This document shows, one piece after another, positions 1-10,783 of a stretch of 52,317 nt of DNA (its first letter is position 1; each line of letters opens with the position of its first letter). The stretch is from a virus (lineage: Duplodnaviria; Caudoviricetes). The notes below the pieces were generated by a model. It ran no database searches. It was not told the DNA's origin and worked only from the letters and a program-made list of their open reading frames with translations. The position numbers were made by a program, and so were the translations under genes. The stretch lies in the IMG/VR virus record IMGVR_UViG_3300021957_000053, positions 1 through 52,317 of that record; one strand, 5' to 3'.

Positions 1-142
1 AGAAGACATCGTAGCAATAGAACAACGTATGGGCAGGTTAGAAGACTCTGTGCAAAGTCAAGCAGTAGCACTTGCCCGTATTGACGAAAACATAAAAGCA
101 ATAAGATCATCAGTAGAAAAGATGGCAGACAGAAATGATTAA
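1..142 (+). CDS. 3' end of a small coiled-coil phage protein (partial)
   Basis: Open frame from position 2: EDIVAIEQRMGRLEDSVQSQAVALARIDENIKAIRSSVEKMADRND, TAA at 140-142; the start lies outside the window. Confidence 0.6.
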   Translation, partial: EDIVAIEQRMGRLEDSVQSQAVALARIDENIKAIRSSVEKMADRND

Positions 143-156
143 TAAGGTTTGCCATA

Positions 157-624
157 ATGATAGAAGTATTAGCTTTAGCAGGTGCAGTTACTAAAATAGC
201 TGGTGCAGTTAGTTCTGCAGTTAAAGCTGGTGGTGATGTAGCAGACTTACTGCCTCACTTTGGTAAGTTAGCTAAGTTAGAAGCTGACATAAGTATAGCT
301 GAACAGGGTAGGCACAAAGGCCCACTAGGTAGACTTACCTCATCTGAAGAAGAAGGCTTTGCAATTGCACAAGCTAAGATGAAACACAAGGAAGCACAGA
401 ACGAATTACGTGAAGTGTGTAGACTATACGGACCACCGGGCATGTGGGATCTTGTCGTAAAAGAGCAAGCTGCTGCTAGGGTTAGACAGAAAGAAGCACT
501 AGAGGCACAAGCTAAAGCAAGAGATAAATTGTTTTGGGGTTTATCTTTAACATTAGGTGTGATAATATTTGTAGGTGGTACGGCTGCAATGATCTGGGGT
601 CTTAACGAAGTAGTAAATGGATAG
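157..624 (+). CDS. Hypothetical phage membrane protein
   Basis: 155 aa with a C-terminal hydrophobic helix (LFWGLSLTLGVIIFVGGTAAMIW); co-oriented with the late arm. Confidence 0.7.
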   Translation: MIEVLALAGAVTKIAGAVSSAVKAGGDVADLLPHFGKLAKLEADISIAEQGRHKGPLGRLTSSEEEGFAIAQAKMKHKEAQNELREVCRLYGPPGMWDLVVKEQAAARVRQKEALEAQAKARDKLFWGLSLTLGVIIFVGGTAAMIWGLNEVVNG

Positions 625-635
625 GTATTAATATT

Positions 636-3600
636 ATGGGAATGACTAAAGAACAATTAGCTAAAGTAGAAAAATTAACTGCTGGTAATCCTGCAGCTAA
701 AGCTCGTATTGAGGCTGCTGCTAAAAAATTAATGCAATCCAAAGGTCTTATGAATAAAGGCGGTGTTGTAGCTTTTAATCAAGGTGGATCTTCACAGAGC
801 AATTATGCAGCTTATAGAAGTACTGAGGGTTATGAACCTCAAGAGGGAACGCAAGCTTATATAGATAAATATGGTCAAACCGAATCTACTAATGAAACAA
901 CAATTAATCCTAATAATTTACAAAATACTCAAGAAGATGTAACACAGCCTAATCAAACACTAGAAGATATGATGAAACGTAATATAGACACTGGTAAAAC
1001 AGATGTTAAAACAGGGGTTACTTTTGACAGTCCTTTTAAGGGCGATACTTACACAGAACAAAATATACCAGAAGGTTTTGATTATACTTCTTTTTGGGAA
1101 AATTTATCTGAAGAAGATAAACAAGAAGTTATACCTAACTATCAAGATTTTGGTGAAGGCGCTATAATTTCATCTATATTTGAAAGTATGGAAAATGATA
1201 CAGGCAGTAATTATTATAGTGAAAATACAAAAGAATATGTAGATAGATTAAAAAGTAAAGTTAAATCAACTATGCCCGTAGAGGAAAAATCTTTTACAGA
1301 AAATCTAGATACTTTACAAAGTGATTTATCTAGAGCAAGAGTTGATTTATCAAGCATGCCAAAAGGCGTAGCACCTCCTGCAGAAGATGAAATTGACACT
1401 AGGACACAAAAAGAAATAAACGACTATGCTGCGTATCAAGCTACTGCTGAAAATGTAAATAATTTAGAAGGTCAAGTATCTGTTGCGCAGCAAGCCGTAA
1501 GAACTTCTTCTGTTCCCGGAGCAAGTGAAGCTACAGCAATAGCAGCCTCAGATCCTATGTCTCTTGTCGCTACACAAGATGTAGAAAAAATTGGAGATCA
1601 AAGTGCTGAAGCTTTAGATAGTCAATTAATACCTATTGGTACAGGTATGGCCGGTAAATTAGATCCACAAAAGTTATTAGAAGATACTACAGCTGGTATG
1701 TCATTTGTAGGGGGTAACGGACCACGTTGGGATAGTAGTAAAAATAAATTCGTACTTAGTACTATGACTCCCGGAGAAGCGCTACAAGAATTTACAGCAG
1801 CTGAATTAATTCAAAAATATAAACCTGAGTTAAATGTAAATGATTATGTTACCGGACCTCAAGTTGATGTTAGTACCGTAGGAACTACAGCACAAGCAGA
1901 TGATCCTACTAAAACAGATGCAGCTACTTATGATGCGGATAAAGTTTCTACAAAAGTCTCAACAGAAGTAGATAAACTTAACCCTGCACAACTAGAGGAT
2001 TTAACTAAAAAAGTTGTAGCTCAAGGTATGCTACCAGAAGATTTAGCTCAACTAGATCTTGACCCTGCTCAAATAGAAAAAGTAAGAACAGTTGCAGATA
2101 TTGCAGATTTAGTTCTTACTGATGAACAGAAAGTAAAGGCAGCTACTTTAGCTAATAGTGGTATACCTTTACCTAAAGCTATTGAACAGGTTACAGATAA
2201 AACATTTGAAGCAAACCCTCAAAAATTTGAGAGTGCTACACCAGAAGCTCAAGCAGCAGTAGACTATGATCTGGGTGAAATTGAAGGTGTACAAAGTGTT
2301 GTAGATAAAGAGACTGAAATTGTAAATCCACAAGGATTAGATTTATCTCCTGAACAGTCAGAAGAAATTACTTCTGATTACCAATCTAGTTTAGAAGCAG
2401 TAACAGGTAAGGTAGAAAAAGGGGAAACTATAAATCCCGAAGATACTTATAATTTAACTCCAACTTCTATTGCAAGTATTAATAAAGAAAAAGTAGAAGA
2501 CCCTGCTACCATGACTGACTATCCTACTGCAGGTGGTGCTGATACTGACTATAGAAGTACCATTGAAGGTGCAAAAGGATCTGTTGGTGTAGATGAATTA
2601 ATAAATGCAGAAGCAATAGGTATTAATAAAGAAGTTGTTAATCAATCTGTATTTGCTATTGCTAAAACAATGGAAGAAGTTAATGAAGCAGCAGTAATGA
2701 AAGCTGCAACATTAAATCAGACTACCCTTGCAGAAGGTGTTGTAGGTGCAGTTAATCCTATGTCTACAGTTCAAGGCCAAATGTCTGAACTTATGAACCA
2801 GTTTAATGATGGTACACCAGCATGGGCTGCAGGGGCTATGAGGGCTGCTACAGCAGCTATGTCTGCTCGTGGGTTAGGTGGTAGCTCAATGGCAATGGCA
2901 GCTATCACACAGGCTGCTATTGAGTCTGCGTTACCAATTGCACAATCTGATGCTAAGTTCTATCAAGATATGGATATGACTAACCTTAGTAACCGTCAGG
3001 CTACTTCATTAGCTAATGCTGCAGCTTCTCAAGGTATAGAGCTTAGAAACCTTGATAATATGCAAGCAGCTGCATTAAAAAACAGTACTCAAGCTTTTGA
3101 TTTACAGTCGCAAAACTTAACCAACCTTCAAGAAACTGTACTGGCTAACTTAAATGTTAAAGCTTCAGTTCAAAATAAGTCATTAGATATTAATGCTCAA
3201 GCATCTATAGCTAATGCTGCTCGTTATGCAGAAATGAATAATATCAATTTAAATAACAAGCAACAGTCTTTACTTCAAGAGTCCTCAGAAAATTTACAGA
3301 TTGAACTCTCAGAATTAAGTAATGAACAGCAAGCAGCAATTTCTTCACTGCAAGTTAAAGCATCTTTAATGGGTCAAAACTTAAGCAATGAACAGCAAAT
3401 GGCTGTACTGGAGTCTACTCAAAACTTTGAAGCTGCTGAGTTTGATGCCTCAGCTAAACAACAAGCCTTTATGCAGGATGCTCAAGCTCAAGCTGCACTT
3501 GAAGGTAAGTCTATGGATATACGACAGCAGACAGCACTGTTTAATGCTAGTCGTATAGCTGAAGTAAATGATGTTAATCTTACTAATCAACAACAAGTTG

Positions 3601-4898
3601 CTTTACAAAAATCAACTGAAAGTCTTTCTATTGAAATAGAAAATCTCAATAGTCGTGAGTCTACTGCTCTTGCCAATGCACAACTTCGTGCTGCTTTGCA
3701 GGGTAAAGTTCTTGACAATAAACAACAGTCTGCTATACTAAATGCGGAAAGATATGCAGAAGCTAATAACATTAGCGTCACTAACGCACAACAAGCTGTT
3801 GTTCAAGAGTATGCTGCTCGTACTACAATGGAAGGTAAAGTACTAGATAATCAGCAACAAGCTGCAATATTTAATATCGCTAATCAAATACAAGAACGTG
3901 GGGTAGAGTTAAGTAATGAACAACAAGTAGAGTTATTTAATACTACTAATAACTTAGAGGTAGAAATGGCTAACCTCTCAAATAAACAACAGACTGCTCT
4001 CGCTAATGCACAGATTGATGCCGCTCTTAGAGGGCAGGAGTTATCTAATTTCCAGCAATCAAATGTTTTAAATGCTGCAAGAGTCAGTGAAATTGCTAAT
4101 ATTAACTTTACTACCGAACAACAAACAGCAATACAAAATTCTAAGTTAGCTCAATCATTTGATATAGAGAATCTTAATGCTGAACAGGCGTTATTACTTG
4201 CTGATGCTGCAGCTATGACTGCTATAGACATGTCTAATTTAGACAAAAGACAGCAAGCTCAGGTTCAAAATGCTCAAAACTTTTTACAATTAGATATGGC
4301 TAACTTAAACAATGAGCAACAGACTGCTATATTTAAGTCGCAACAAAACATCGGAGCTTTACTTTCTGATCAAGCTGCAGAAAATGCAAAGCTACAGTTT
4401 AATGCAGCATCTGAAAATCAAGTCAATCAATTCTTTGCAGATCTTTCTGCTAATGTTAATAAGTTTAACACAGAGCAAAAGAATGTAATTGCACAGTTTA
4501 ATGCAGGGGAAGAAAATGCTGGTGCTAAATTTGATGCTCAATTAGAATCTGCAAGACAGCAGTTTAATGCTAGTAATGAATTAGTAATTGAACAAGCTAA
4601 CACTAAGTGGAGACAGGATATAGTTACCTTAGATACTGCCGCACAGAATGATGCAAACGCTGCTGCTGCTACTATAGCGGCTAGTATTACTAGCTCAGTG
4701 TTAGATCAAATTTGGCAACGTGAACGTGATATGATGGACTATGCAGTAACTAGTTCAGAGAATGAAGCTGATAGAACTAATGCTATCATACTCCAAAAGT
4801 TAGCAGGTCAGTATAGCTTAGATGCTGCAGAATTAAGAGCAGAGTTAGAGGCTGACTCTCAAGTAGGTGCTGCTCTTTGGGATTTAGTTTTTGGTTAA
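636..4898 (+). CDS. Large internal virion / DNA ejection protein (putative)
   Basis: 1420 aa; the Q/N/A-rich helical C-terminal half has many NL(S/T/N)NxQQ repeats; located after the tail genes, where podovirus core proteins usually lie. Confidence 0.65.
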   Translation: MGMTKEQLAKVEKLTAGNPAAKARIEAAAKKLMQSKGLMNKGGVVAFNQGGSSQSNYAAYRSTEGYEPQEGTQAYIDKYGQTESTNETTINPNNLQNTQEDVTQPNQTLEDMMKRNIDTGKTDVKTGVTFDSPFKGDTYTEQNIPEGFDYTSFWENLSEEDKQEVIPNYQDFGEGAIISSIFESMENDTGSNYYSENTKEYVDRLKSKVKSTMPVEEKSFTENLDTLQSDLSRARVDLSSMPKGVAPPAEDEIDTRTQKEINDYAAYQATAENVNNLEGQVSVAQQAVRTSSVPGASEATAIAASDPMSLVATQDVEKIGDQSAEALDSQLIPIGTGMAGKLDPQKLLEDTTAGMSFVGGNGPRWDSSKNKFVLSTMTPGEALQEFTAAELIQKYKPELNVNDYVTGPQVDVSTVGTTAQADDPTKTDAATYDADKVSTKVSTEVDKLNPAQLEDLTKKVVAQGMLPEDLAQLDLDPAQIEKVRTVADIADLVLTDEQKVKAATLANSGIPLPKAIEQVTDKTFEANPQKFESATPEAQAAVDYDLGEIEGVQSVVDKETEIVNPQGLDLSPEQSEEITSDYQSSLEAVTGKVEKGETINPEDTYNLTPTSIASINKEKVEDPATMTDYPTAGGADTDYRSTIEGAKGSVGVDELINAEAIGINKEVVNQSVFAIAKTMEEVNEAAVMKAATLNQTTLAEGVVGAVNPMSTVQGQMSELMNQFNDGTPAWAAGAMRAATAAMSARGLGGSSMAMAAITQAAIESALPIAQSDAKFYQDMDMTNLSNRQATSLANAAASQGIELRNLDNMQAAALKNSTQAFDLQSQNLTNLQETVLANLNVKASVQNKSLDINAQASIANAARYAEMNNINLNNKQQSLLQESSENLQIELSELSNEQQAAISSLQVKASLMGQNLSNEQQMAVLESTQNFEAAEFDASAKQQAFMQDAQAQAALEGKSMDIRQQTALFNASRIAEVNDVNLTNQQQVALQKSTESLSIEIENLNSRESTALANAQLRAALQGKVLDNKQQSAILNAERYAEANNISVTNAQQAVVQEYAARTTMEGKVLDNQQQAAIFNIANQIQERGVELSNEQQVELFNTTNNLEVEMANLSNKQQTALANAQIDAALRGQELSNFQQSNVLNAARVSEIANINFTTEQQTAIQNSKLAQSFDIENLNAEQALLLADAAAMTAIDMSNLDKRQQAQVQNAQNFLQLDMANLNNEQQTAIFKSQQNIGALLSDQAAENAKLQFNAASENQVNQFFADLSANVNKFNTEQKNVIAQFNAGEENAGAKFDAQLESARQQFNASNELVIEQANTKWRQDIVTLDTAAQNDANAAAATIAASITSSVLDQIWQRERDMMDYAVTSSENEADRTNAIILQKLAGQYSLDAAELRAELEADSQVGAALWDLVFG

Positions 4899-4909
4899 GG
4901 GGATTAACA

Positions 4910-5704
4910 ATGGCTTTTGAGCTATATAAACAAAAAGACATAAAACGTTTTAGACAAAGACGTGCTGAATTTAACAGTAGCAAAGCTAGGCTAGGAACTA
5001 GAGCGAGTATTCAAGGCTCTAAATCTTCTACAGGTCTTATGCAACAAGAAATGAATGAGTACCTGTACCCAGAAACTAAACCGGAAACTAAAGATCCGGT
5101 TGAAACAACAATGTCTTGGGCTAGTTTCATAGAAGAAAATAGGTCTAAAATGCCTAAAGTAGAATCAAAAGATCCGGTAGTTAAGGATAAGATTCCTACG
5201 CCTAGATCTAGGGATCAAGGTGGTCTTGATCCAAGTCTAGATGAAAAATCTGCAGAATTATTTAAAGACCCTTATTTTAAAGAAACATTTGATAGGATGG
5301 TTAATAAGTATGATCAAGTAACTAAGTATGAACTACTAAGAGTTATAGACGGAGAATCTAGCATGGACCCTACAGCTAAGAATCCTGATTCAAATGCTTC
5401 CGGTTTGTTTCAGTTTATACCTAAGGTTGCTGCAGAGTTAGGGTTTACCCCAGAAGAAATTAGAGATATGCCAGCTTCTTCACAATTAAAACTTTATGAA
5501 AAGTATTTAGATAACTATGATTATGATGGTAGTGTAAGCTTAGGTATAATGCAAGCAGCACCAGCTAAAAGAAATGCATCTCCTGATACTGTTATTTATA
5601 AAAAGGGTTCCGCTGCTTGGAAACAAAATCCTGGGTGGAGGGATAAGAAAACTGGTAATATAACTAAAGCAAGTATTGATGCGTATTACAGGAGAAATAT
5701 GTAA
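4910..5704 (+). CDS. Virion-associated lytic transglycosylase (SLT/lysozyme-like fold)
   Basis: Motifs GESSMDPTAKNPDSNASGLFQF (catalytic Glu followed by GLxQ); ATG 4910 preferred over 4877 because it follows the upstream stop and a GGGG RBS. Confidence 0.8.
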   Translation: MAFELYKQKDIKRFRQRRAEFNSSKARLGTRASIQGSKSSTGLMQQEMNEYLYPETKPETKDPVETTMSWASFIEENRSKMPKVESKDPVVKDKIPTPRSRDQGGLDPSLDEKSAELFKDPYFKETFDRMVNKYDQVTKYELLRVIDGESSMDPTAKNPDSNASGLFQFIPKVAAELGFTPEEIRDMPASSQLKLYEKYLDNYDYDGSVSLGIMQAAPAKRNASPDTVIYKKGSAAWKQNPGWRDKKTGNITKASIDAYYRRNM

Positions 5705-6249
5705 TGAAAAGGTTTGAAGCACCAATACCCGGACAGTCATTAACTAAAACTCCCGGTAACTATCCTTGGGAAAAAGAACCTAAGTTAGTAGATGTCGATG
5801 AAGTAATTAAAGCACATCTAACTAAAATATCTGAAGAGGATTCTATAGATAACTTACTGTTTATTTTAGAGTCAGGTCTGCCAGTAAATATTTTAGTTGA
5901 AACTATTTTAACTACTGCTGTTAGTAAAGGATTACATACTGTAGACGTAAGTTTGATTGTCGCACCAGTGATTCATGAGTTTGTTGTAGACTTAGCCACT
6001 GATGCGGGGGTAAACTTTAAAGAGTTCTTTGAAGACCCTAGTATGACAGAGCAAGAAAAAAATAGAAAAGCTGACATATTAATTAAAAAATCTTTAGCTG
6101 CTACTCCTGATGAAGAAAAAGATTCTGGGTATGATATGTTAAAAGAACTTTCTGGTACGACAGAAGCAAAAGCTGAAGAGCCTGTAGAAGAACAACCTAT
6201 GAAAGAACAATCTAAAGGTCTAATGAGTAGAGGTACACAGAATGGTTAA
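5704..6249 (+). CDS. Hypothetical virion-associated protein
   Basis: 181 aa, N-terminal APIPGQSLT..PGNYPWE; translationally coupled to both neighbours. Confidence 0.7.
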   Translation: MKRFEAPIPGQSLTKTPGNYPWEKEPKLVDVDEVIKAHLTKISEEDSIDNLLFILESGLPVNILVETILTTAVSKGLHTVDVSLIVAPVIHEFVVDLATDAGVNFKEFFEDPSMTEQEKNRKADILIKKSLAATPDEEKDSGYDMLKELSGTTEAKAEEPVEEQPMKEQSKGLMSRGTQNG

Positions 6250-7189
6250 TTTAAGAGTTGCTGCAGGTGGAGCCGCTGCAAGATACCTACAAAAAGAAGA
6301 TGAAAGAGAAGCTTTTATTAGAGAGCTTAGTATGAAAAATAGACAGTACCTTTTAGAAACTGGTGCTCAAAAACTGCAAGACTTAAGGGATCGTAGGGAT
6401 GCTAAACTTTCTAAAATTAGTGTAGCTACAAGCTTAGGGTTTACAGAAGAAGCTGCTATTCTTTTAGATGCATCCGGTCAACTTGATAAACAAATATCAG
6501 AGCTTTCTAAACTTAGTGATGATAAAATTAACAAAGATAATATTAAAATGATTAGCGAACTTGTTGTAAATAAAGTAAATCCAGAATACAGAGCACAAGT
6601 ATTAGAATCATTTTTAACTTCTACTAATTTTGATGTATCAGAAATACAAGAACGATTTGGTAATGCTATCTTTAATGCTGCAGAAGGTAGTGTAGAAAAA
6701 GCAAGTAAGATTTTATCTGAAGCTCCATCAGGATCTTCTATGTCTATAGATAATTTTGATATTAGCTTTAGACCTACTAGACCTATGACCACTGAAGATT
6801 TAAATACTGCAAATAAAGCAATAGATAATATTATCCAAGCTAATTTTGGTAATCTTTATACTGGAGATGGTGAAACCTATCAGGGAGAAGACGCACCTGA
6901 AGTTGGTAGAATTAGAAATGAAATGATGGAAGTGTATAAAAATACTTGGAACACCGCTACATACACTGGCAATCCTATAGATATACTTTATAGTTTAGGT
7001 GATAGTATTTACCAACAAACAAGAAAACAAGGTAGGCCAGCAGCAGGAGTTGTTGTAACTCCTAATTGGCAGGATTTACCTGACTATAATCAACCACCAC
7101 CAACTGGAGGGGGATCTGATAATAGTGGTGCTGAAGAGGATTTAACCGATGAAAATCCTTATGAAAAAATATACCCTTTAAACCCATAA
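6242..7189 (+). CDS. Putative internal virion protein
   Basis: 315 aa; Ala/Gly-rich N-terminus followed by a charged helix; within the core-protein block. Confidence 0.6.
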   Translation: MVNLRVAAGGAAARYLQKEDEREAFIRELSMKNRQYLLETGAQKLQDLRDRRDAKLSKISVATSLGFTEEAAILLDASGQLDKQISELSKLSDDKINKDNIKMISELVVNKVNPEYRAQVLESFLTSTNFDVSEIQERFGNAIFNAAEGSVEKASKILSEAPSGSSMSIDNFDISFRPTRPMTTEDLNTANKAIDNIIQANFGNLYTGDGETYQGEDAPEVGRIRNEMMEVYKNTWNTATYTGNPIDILYSLGDSIYQQTRKQGRPAAGVVVTPNWQDLPDYNQPPPTGGGSDNSGAEEDLTDENPYEKIYPLNP

Positions 7190-7202
7190 AGTAAGGTTAA
7201 AT

Positions 7203-10200
7203 ATGACTTCTTATTTAGAAAACATAGAAGAAAAAAACTTTTTAGATTTAAAAGATAACTACGATTTTCAAGTAGATCTTGTTAAGTTTTTTTCTGGTGG
7301 CAGATATAAAATGTCTCGTGAAGAAATGGAGAAACAGGGTTTTGAAAACTTAACTCGTAAGTTTGCAGAACATATGAGGTTTCAAAGCTGGAATGATGCC
7401 ACTGCTTTAAAAGATTTAAACTATGTTAATAATAAAAAATTACCTCAGGGTGGTAAAGAATCTTTTGGTAATCTCTTACAGGCATGGGATAACTCTGAGG
7501 CTGCAGGTACTGGTGCTTGGAGTGGGTTAGGGGATTTCAGTGAGGCATTGATTAAATCTCCATCCACATACTTAGGTATGGGTAGCTTTGGTTTAGCTAA
7601 GGCTGGTGCTAAAGCTGCAACTAAAACTACACAAATATTAGTTAGAAAAAAACTAAAGGACTATTTTAGTAAACGGGTAGTAGCTAAAGGTATGGCTACT
7701 GGTGCAGTAACTGAAGGTGCTATCGGTGGAGTAACCTCTTACGGTGCAGGAGAGGTTCGTGAAGAGCTATTAAATCAAGAGTATACTACCTCTGATCTAA
7801 TTAAAGACACTGCTATTAATGCTGCTTTTGGTGCTGTTGGTGGCGGTGTTGGCGCTAAGATAACAGAAAAGAAAGCTATCAATGTAGAAGAGTTACTAAC
7901 AAAGCAAAAAGAATTAAATAAAAAGAACTCTTTAGAGGCAAGTAAAAAAGCAAATCAAAAAATTACCAGTACTAAACAAGAGTATAAGAGATTTGCAATA
8001 AACAAAACATTAGATATGGAAGCCACACTTGCAGCTAGAGCAGGTGATAAAGTAACTGGGGTAATTAAAGATCCGCTTGATCCTGAGAAGGTAAGTATGG
8101 GCCAGTCTATTTTAAACAGCATGCAAAATCCAGAAGTAAATGATGTATTTAGTTCTGGTTTAGATCTTACCACAATGAGATCTATTACTGCAGCAACTAT
8201 TGAGATAGCAGAGAAACTAGACCTAAAAGATAACGAAAGGATCACAACTGCTGTCGCTAACTCTATTAATAGTAAGACCTTAGATGTTACTAAATTAATA
8301 CCAGAAATTAGAGATAAGTATAATCTAACTAACGAACAATTTTCTTTAATATATTTAGCTGATCTATCTGCAGCAGGTAAAAAACTAGCCGAAGCATCTA
8401 AAATATCTAAAGCTGTCAGTAAGGTAGAGGCAGAAGCACCGTCAGAAATTATGGGAGATCTTACTAAACTTTCTAATAGGGGCTTATCAACCATTAATGA
8501 TGTACAAGCAGCAGAAATATCTGCTAATGTAATTAAAAACTCTGCTGGTCGTAGTAAAAGTATGGTAGCTTATAACTTTCTACAAGACTTAGATCAAATG
8601 CGTATTGCATTTATGACATCACAACCTGCTACAACAGCCCGTAACGTTACATCTACTGGATTACTAGCTGCAGTAGAGATTAGTGATGAGTTTTACCGTG
8701 GTTTGTACAGAACTATAACAGGTAAAGAAGGTGGGGGAATAGGTAACACAGTCCGTAACATGTCCTCTACTCTTCGTGGATTAAGTATGGACAGTGCAAC
8801 TGCACAGGTTGTTAGGGGCATGCTCCAAGAAGAAATGCCAGAAGCATATGCAAGAACATTTCATGATACACTAAGATCAGAAGTCTCAGGTCAAAGTCAA
8901 ACAGCTTTTGCTAAAGCAGGTAGGTTCGTTAATATTTTTAACACTGCCACTGATACTGTATTTAAAGAAGCAGCATTCTTTAGTAGTTTAGATAGACAGC
9001 TAAGAACTGCAGGTAATGAAACTGTTGGTACTAATGCAAGAGATTTTATCCTTAAAACAGGTAAACTTGATAAGCTTGATAAGTCTATGGTGGACAAAGC
9101 CCTTGATGATGCTAATAGATTTACAATGCAAAGAACTTATATGGATGATAAATCTTTATTCGGTCAAGGCGCAAGGATGGCATCTTCAGTGAATAAAAAG
9201 ATTCCCTTTCTTATGTCAGGAGCTTTAGGTGTACCTTTCCCAAGGTACGTAGCTAATCATATAGAAATGATTGCTGATTACACTCCGGGTTTAGGGGAGC
9301 TTGCTAAAAGATTTGAAAGTTCTTCAAGTTCAGACGCAGCATTTTCTTTTACAGGAGATCCATATAAATCTGTTGAAGATAGAAGAGTAAGGCAGTTTAC
9401 TGGCGCAGGTTTAATAGCTCTTGGCTACTATTTAGCTAGTACTAAAGAAGGTGAAATAAATTATAAGTCCATAGAAAATTCTATTAAAGGTGAGGCTGAT
9501 ATTGCTTCTTCGTTAGGGTTTATTATTGCACCAGTATTTATTGGAGATTTATTCTACAGATACAACCAAGGACTTGCTATGCCAGAAAGCATAACAAATG
9601 AGGCTCTGTCTGTTGCAGGTGGTTTAAATGATATGGGGTTTGATCTTAGTGGTATTAAAGAAGTTATAAATTCTTTTTCTGAAGGTGGTATAACTGAAGG
9701 GGCTTCAAAAATGGGAGGTAATATTTTATCAACATTTACCTATCCACTAACTCCACTAAGAGATTTACAAGGTCAGTTTAGTTATGAGTCTGCTGGTGCC
9801 CCTTACACCAGAAGCCTAGCTTCAAGTTTAGAAGAAGATAAAACAGAAGAAACATCTGGTATGTTTGCAGCGCAAGCTACAAGATTTTTACCTGATTATG
9901 ACTTTATACAATACACACAATCTTTTACTCGTAATGAAGGTAATGATATTGATTACTATAGTCCTTTTAATCCTATGCCTGTAGGCAAGATGAACCCTAT
10001 TGCAAAGACTTTCACTGGTGTAGCTGGTAGTCCAACACTTACTGGCATACAAAGGGAAATGAACAGACTTAATTTAGAAGAGTATAAACTCTATGGAAAC
10101 TCTAAAGTAAAAAATAATAATTTAGATTATGTAGTTAGGTACAGACTATCACAGGTTATGCATAAAAACTTTGAAGCTTGGAGAAAAGAAAAACTACCAC

Positions 10201-10583
10201 TTGGTTCAGAGGTAGAGAATAAAACTTATGATGAAATAGAATCAGTAGAATTAAAGAAAGAAATTTTTAAGGGGTTTATAGATCGTCAGGTGGAGCATCA
10301 AATAAAGAAAACAGAAGAATGGTTTGGCAGTCTTATAGGTCAAAGAAATAATATGAAAGCTAGGGGTTATATTCGTAATAACTATTTTCTGAAGATAGCA
10401 GAGCAAGGCGACAGGATATTTAACAAAGCCGCATCTGATTTAACAGGTAAGAAATTTAAAACCTCTAAAGAATATTTAGAGGACTCTGAAAGTATAGAAG
10501 AAGAACTAGAGAGACGCCAGAGTTTAATAGAAGCTGTAGGTAAACTAGAGACTAAAATCCCTAAGTTTCAACAAACCCCCTAG
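7203..10583 (+). CDS. Large internal virion protein (putative), last gene of the late arm
   Basis: 1126 aa, helical, with Gly/Ala-rich hydrophobic segments; terminal position is like that of T7 gp16-type ejection proteins. Confidence 0.65.
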   Translation: MTSYLENIEEKNFLDLKDNYDFQVDLVKFFSGGRYKMSREEMEKQGFENLTRKFAEHMRFQSWNDATALKDLNYVNNKKLPQGGKESFGNLLQAWDNSEAAGTGAWSGLGDFSEALIKSPSTYLGMGSFGLAKAGAKAATKTTQILVRKKLKDYFSKRVVAKGMATGAVTEGAIGGVTSYGAGEVREELLNQEYTTSDLIKDTAINAAFGAVGGGVGAKITEKKAINVEELLTKQKELNKKNSLEASKKANQKITSTKQEYKRFAINKTLDMEATLAARAGDKVTGVIKDPLDPEKVSMGQSILNSMQNPEVNDVFSSGLDLTTMRSITAATIEIAEKLDLKDNERITTAVANSINSKTLDVTKLIPEIRDKYNLTNEQFSLIYLADLSAAGKKLAEASKISKAVSKVEAEAPSEIMGDLTKLSNRGLSTINDVQAAEISANVIKNSAGRSKSMVAYNFLQDLDQMRIAFMTSQPATTARNVTSTGLLAAVEISDEFYRGLYRTITGKEGGGIGNTVRNMSSTLRGLSMDSATAQVVRGMLQEEMPEAYARTFHDTLRSEVSGQSQTAFAKAGRFVNIFNTATDTVFKEAAFFSSLDRQLRTAGNETVGTNARDFILKTGKLDKLDKSMVDKALDDANRFTMQRTYMDDKSLFGQGARMASSVNKKIPFLMSGALGVPFPRYVANHIEMIADYTPGLGELAKRFESSSSSDAAFSFTGDPYKSVEDRRVRQFTGAGLIALGYYLASTKEGEINYKSIENSIKGEADIASSLGFIIAPVFIGDLFYRYNQGLAMPESITNEALSVAGGLNDMGFDLSGIKEVINSFSEGGITEGASKMGGNILSTFTYPLTPLRDLQGQFSYESAGAPYTRSLASSLEEDKTEETSGMFAAQATRFLPDYDFIQYTQSFTRNEGNDIDYYSPFNPMPVGKMNPIAKTFTGVAGSPTLTGIQREMNRLNLEEYKLYGNSKVKNNNLDYVVRYRLSQVMHKNFEAWRKEKLPLGSEVENKTYDEIESVELKKEIFKGFIDRQVEHQIKKTEEWFGSLIGQRNNMKARGYIRNNYFLKIAEQGDRIFNKAASDLTGKKFKTSKEYLEDSESIEEELERRQSLIEAVGKLETKIPKFQQTP

Positions 10584-10783
10584 TCATCTTCACTTAACAT
10601 ATAGTCTGCCCATTCATATGCTGCTCTTTTAATATCAGACATTTGAGAGCCTTTGCTATTAACAAGCAACCCAGCTAGGGCTTGCCCAGCTAGGTAACGT
10701 CTTGCAGTTAAAGGCTTAGTATCTTTAGGGGTACGCTTATTCTGTACGTACTTCTTAGCTTCTGTTTCTAGTTTTGTTTTCAT
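10580..10783 (-). CDS. Hypothetical protein
   Basis: 67 aa with the RRYLAGQALAGLL...AYEWADYML pattern common in small phage proteins. Confidence 0.7.
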   Translation of the reverse strand: MKTKLETEAKKYVQNKRTPKDTKPLTARRYLAGQALAGLLVNSKGSQMSDIKRAAYEWADYMLSEDD

